Assembly (NCBI GenBank): GCA_947085655.1 | Contig: CAMTXH010000005.1 | Span: 6,110 to 70,109 of the forward strand | Length of the DNA stretch: 64,000 nucleotides | Direction of reading: 5' to 3' | Source of the DNA: an uncultured Omnitrophica bacterium | GTDB taxonomy: Bacteria; Omnitrophota; Gorgyraeia; JACQQV01 | Shown here: positions 61,068 to 64,000 of the stretch, in pieces | How the letters are laid out: each line of letters starts with the position of its first letter | How positions within the stretch are numbered: the first letter of the stretch is position 1 | The notes under the pieces: model-generated | What the model was told of the DNA's origin: nothing | Databases searched by the model: none | Seen by the model: only the letters and a program-made list of their open reading frames with translations | Made by a program: the position numbers and the translations under genes

Positions 61068-61379
61068 ATGAGGAATGAAACCGCATACCCAGCACAGCGC
61101 GGGGGCCGTTACGACACCCGATCCGGCAGGCGACAGGATGCCCGGGAGCGTCGGGGGGAAAAGTCCTTTTTTTTCCGGAAGAAAATCTGTAAGTTCTGTG
61201 CCGACAAAGCCAGCGGGATTGATTATAAGGATGTCCTTCGACTTCAGAAATTTATTACGGAAAAGGGGAAGATTCTTCCGAGCCGGATCTCCGGGAACTG
61301 TGCGCCGCATCAACGGAGTCTTGCCCGGGCCATCAAGTTTGCGAGGGCAATCGCCCTTTTGCCGTATACCGCGGAGTAA
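61068..61379 (+). CDS. rpsR: 30S ribosomal protein S18
   Basis: [52 protein letters not shown]. Confidence 0.9.
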   Translation: MRNETAYPAQRGGRYDTRSGRRQDARERRGEKSFFFRKKICKFCADKASGIDYKDVLRLQKFITEKGKILPSRISGNCAPHQRSLARAIKFARAIALLPYTAE

Positions 61380-61384
61380 TTCAG

Positions 61385-61828
61385 ATGGATGTCATTCTGG
61401 TCAAAGATGTTGAAAAACTCGGGAAGCAGGGGCAGTTAGTGGCCGTGAAGGACGGTTACGCCAGAAACTATCTGCTTCCAGCAGGGCTCGCCCGGCCAAA
61501 TACCCCCGGCAACCTCAAGCTGGTTGAACGGCTTAAACTCCAGCAGGAAGCCCAGAAGAAAAAGGAGTTGGAGCAGGCCAAGGCGGTTGCCGGACGGCTT
61601 GCTTCAATCTCCTGCACCTTGAGGGTCAAAACGGGGGAGGAGGATAAACTTTACGGCGCGGTCACACCCCAGGATATCGCAGCAGCCCTCCAGGAAGAAG
61701 GCGTGACGATTGACCGGAAGCGGATTGAATTGGAACAGCCGATTCGGACACTCGGGGTGTATCAGATTCCAGTTCGGCTTCATCCGGAAGTGACGGCCCA
61801 TTTGAAACTTTGGGTTGTCAAGGAATAG
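61385..61828 (+). CDS. rplI: 50S ribosomal protein L9
   Basis: MDVILVKDVEKLGKQGQLVAVKDGYARNYLLP. Confidence 0.9.
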   Translation: MDVILVKDVEKLGKQGQLVAVKDGYARNYLLPAGLARPNTPGNLKLVERLKLQQEAQKKKELEQAKAVAGRLASISCTLRVKTGEEDKLYGAVTPQDIAAALQEEGVTIDRKRIELEQPIRTLGVYQIPVRLHPEVTAHLKLWVVKE

Positions 61829-61832
61829 ACAG

Positions 61833-63194
61833 ATGCCCACACAAAGCGTACCCGAACTTTTGCTGGATCGGGTCCCTCCCCAGAATATCGAAGCCGAAAT
61901 GGCCCTCCTGGGGTCGATGCTTTTGGAGGAAGATGCCATCGGCCAGGTCATCGAACTCATCACCGAAAACGCCTTTTACAAGGAAGCCCACAAAAAGATT
62001 TACGCAGCCATGGCGCGTCTCTATGAGGAGGGGCGTTCCGTGGACCTGATCACCCTCACCGATCTTTTGAGAAAAGAAGGCATTCTGGAGGATGTCGGAA
62101 ACGCCTCCTATCTCACCACCCTGACCAACGTTATCCCGACCGCTGCCAATGTGGAACATTACGCTCGGATCGTCCGGGAAAAGAGCATTCTCCGAAACCT
62201 CATTCAGACCTCAACCCAGATCGCCACTGCCTGTTACGAGGGCTCCGAAGATGCGAACCTCCTCCTCGACAAGGCGGAAAGCATGATTTTCGACATTGCC
62301 CTGCACGGCGCCTCCAAGACATTCGTGCCGATCAAGGAACTGGTACGGGACAGCTTCGAAACCATCGAAAATCTCTATCAACGGAAGGTGCATGTGACAG
62401 GACTTTCGACCGGCTTTCCCGACTTGGATGCCCGGACGGCGGGATTGCAGCCCTCCGAATTAATTGTTTTGGCGGGGAGACCCTCCATGGGGAAAAGCTC
62501 TCTTGCGATGAATATTGCGGAGCATATCGCTTTACAAGAGAAAAAGGGCGTAGCCCTTTTCAGTTTGGAGATGTCCAAGGAGCATCTGGTGCTCCGGATG
62601 CTCTGTTCCCACGCCAGAGTGGAGATTCAAAAGGTCCGGACCGGATTTGTCCCGGAGAAGGCCTGGCCGGATCTTTCCACGGCGGCTGGCAAACTGGCAG
62701 AGGCCCTGATTTTTATCGATGATTCGCCGGACATTTCGGCTTTGGAGCTCCGTGCCCGTTGCCGCCGGCTCAAGGCCCGCTACGATATTCATCTGGTGGT
62801 GGTCGACTATCTTCAGTTGATGCGCGCCCACGCCTCCTCGGATAACCGGCAGCAGGAAATTTCACAGATCTCGCGGTCACTCAAAGCCCTGGCGCGCGAA
62901 TTGAACGTTCCGGTCCTGGCGGTCAGCCAGCTTTCCCGGGCACCGGAACGGCGGGAAGATTTCCGGCCCCGGCTTTCAGACCTTAGGGAATCGGGCGCAA
63001 TCGAGCAGGACGCGGATCTAGTGCTCCTTCTTTTCCGGGAGGATTATTACAAACAGTTGCCTGTGGATGATCCCAATCGTGGGACGGCGGAGTTGAATAT
63101 TGCCAAACAGAGAAACGGCCCAACGGACACGGTCCGTCTGGCATTCCTGAAGGAATTTTCACGCTTTGAAAGTTTGAGCCGGCGGCCAGAGTGA
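61833..63194 (+). CDS. dnaB: Replicative DNA helicase DnaB
   Basis: VPPQNIEAEMALLGSMLLE N-terminus; Walker A GRPSMGKSSLAMNIA; start ATG 61833 after aagga RBS. Confidence 0.9.
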   Translation: MPTQSVPELLLDRVPPQNIEAEMALLGSMLLEEDAIGQVIELITENAFYKEAHKKIYAAMARLYEEGRSVDLITLTDLLRKEGILEDVGNASYLTTLTNVIPTAANVEHYARIVREKSILRNLIQTSTQIATACYEGSEDANLLLDKAESMIFDIALHGASKTFVPIKELVRDSFETIENLYQRKVHVTGLSTGFPDLDARTAGLQPSELIVLAGRPSMGKSSLAMNIAEHIALQEKKGVALFSLEMSKEHLVLRMLCSHARVEIQKVRTGFVPEKAWPDLSTAAGKLAEALIFIDDSPDISALELRARCRRLKARYDIHLVVVDYLQLMRAHASSDNRQQEISQISRSLKALARELNVPVLAVSQLSRAPERREDFRPRLSDLRESGAIEQDADLVLLLFREDYYKQLPVDDPNRGTAELNIAKQRNGPTDTVRLAFLKEFSRFESLSRRPE

Positions 63195-64000
63195 AAAAGC
63201 GATTTCTCATCCTTTGGATATGCTTCCTCGTGACCCCTCTTTTTCCCCGTTGGGTGGCAGCGCAGGAATCTTCTTCCCGAGTTGTCCGGGCGATTGAAAT
63301 CCGGGGGAATCGGATTGTCAGCGCGGATTCGGCCCTTGCCAAAATGAAAACCAGAACGGGGAGTTTCTTTTCCCAGGAGGTTCTGGATGAGGACCTGAAG
63401 CGTCTTTACCGGACCGGATTCTTCACCGACATCCAGATGGATGTGGAGGACGTTCCGGACGGTGTGAAAGTAGTCGTGAAGGTCTCGGAGCAGCCGGTGA
63501 TTGCCGAAATCAAGTTCTCCGGAAACCGGGCCCTGCGGGACAAGGCCCTGTTGAAAATGATCCAGGTCAAACTCAAGGAATTTCTGGATCACGCACGGCT
63601 CCGGAAAGATGCGGCCGCTCTCACGCAGGCGTACTTGGACAAAGGATTTTCGCGGGCCGATGTTTCGTACGATATCGCGCTTCGGGAGGGGAACGAGGCG
63701 GCGGTGACATTTCAAATCGAGGAAGGCGAGCGCGTCCGGATCAAGAAAATTGTCATCGAGGGGAACAAGGCCTTTCCGAAAAAGCGGATTCGTAAACTCA
63801 TCAAAACCAAAGAGGATTCACTCTTTTCATCCGGCCTTTTAAAAGAACAGGTCGCGGAGGAGGATCTGGAGCGGATCTCCGCTTTTTATCGGGGGCAGGG
63901 GTATCTGGATGTCATCGTGAACCGTCATATCGAATACGATACGGCCGGCAAACGCATTTTTCTTCGGTTTACCATTGACGAGGGGAAACAATATCTGGTC
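63191..64000 (+). CDS. bamA: Outer membrane protein assembly factor BamA, 3'-truncated by window edge
   Basis: GTG start overlapping the dnaB stop; signal peptide; POTRA repeats (IEIRGNRIVS..., IKFSGNRALRD..., IVIEGNKAFPKK...). Confidence 0.75.
   Translation, partial: MKKRFLILWICFLVTPLFPRWVAAQESSSRVVRAIEIRGNRIVSADSALAKMKTRTGSFFSQEVLDEDLKRLYRTGFFTDIQMDVEDVPDGVKVVVKVSEQPVIAEIKFSGNRALRDKALLKMIQVKLKEFLDHARLRKDAAALTQAYLDKGFSRADVSYDIALREGNEAAVTFQIEEGERVRIKKIVIEGNKAFPKKRIRKLIKTKEDSLFSSGLLKEQVAEEDLERISAFYRGQGYLDVIVNRHIEYDTAGKRIFLRFTIDEGKQYLV

Overview
Bacterial chromosomal window, mostly + strand, dense with core metabolism and translation genes. In order, it contains a partial TusA-like gene, then a complete Bat/aerotolerance cluster (moxR, a DUF58 protein, a DUF4381-like membrane protein, batA-batE). 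A cobalamin riboswitch follows, driving a btuB-like TonB-dependent receptor, a small BtuM/ECF-S-like membrane protein, a GH1 glycosidase and a YyaL-like thioredoxin-fold protein. Next come tRNA-Thr with a duplicated 3' end, and an adenine-salvage and housekeeping block (PIG-L deacetylase, apt, MTA/SAH nucleosidase, GDPD, nfo, a LOG-family protein, trxA, purN). On the minus strand sits an FtsH-like protease paired with an unknown lipoprotein, followed on the + strand by a phosphohexomutase, eno and ftsB. An NfeD/stomatin pair is followed by an initiator tRNA-fMet gene split by a ~284-nt group I (IC3-like) intron. After an SGNH hydrolase, a porin-like beta-barrel gene and iscX-trxB, a long purine operon (purBCS, a DUF1189-like membrane protein, purQLFMDE) runs into tsaC, an LMW phosphatase, rpiB, glyA, nrdR, a PpiD-like chaperone and hisG. 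A short, unlisted basic ORF resembling ribosomal protein bS22 lies in a repeat-rich spacer. The rest is a TPR lipoprotein, split transketolase, ispE, spoVG (with a zinc-ribbon insertion), tRNA-Gln, clpX, a GlmU-N-domain-only gene, prs, ctc, pth, rpsF, ssb, rpsR, rplI, dnaB and partial bamA. No CRISPR array, integrase or transposase was seen. All functional calls rest on motifs read from the six-frame translations and on gene order; no database search was run.
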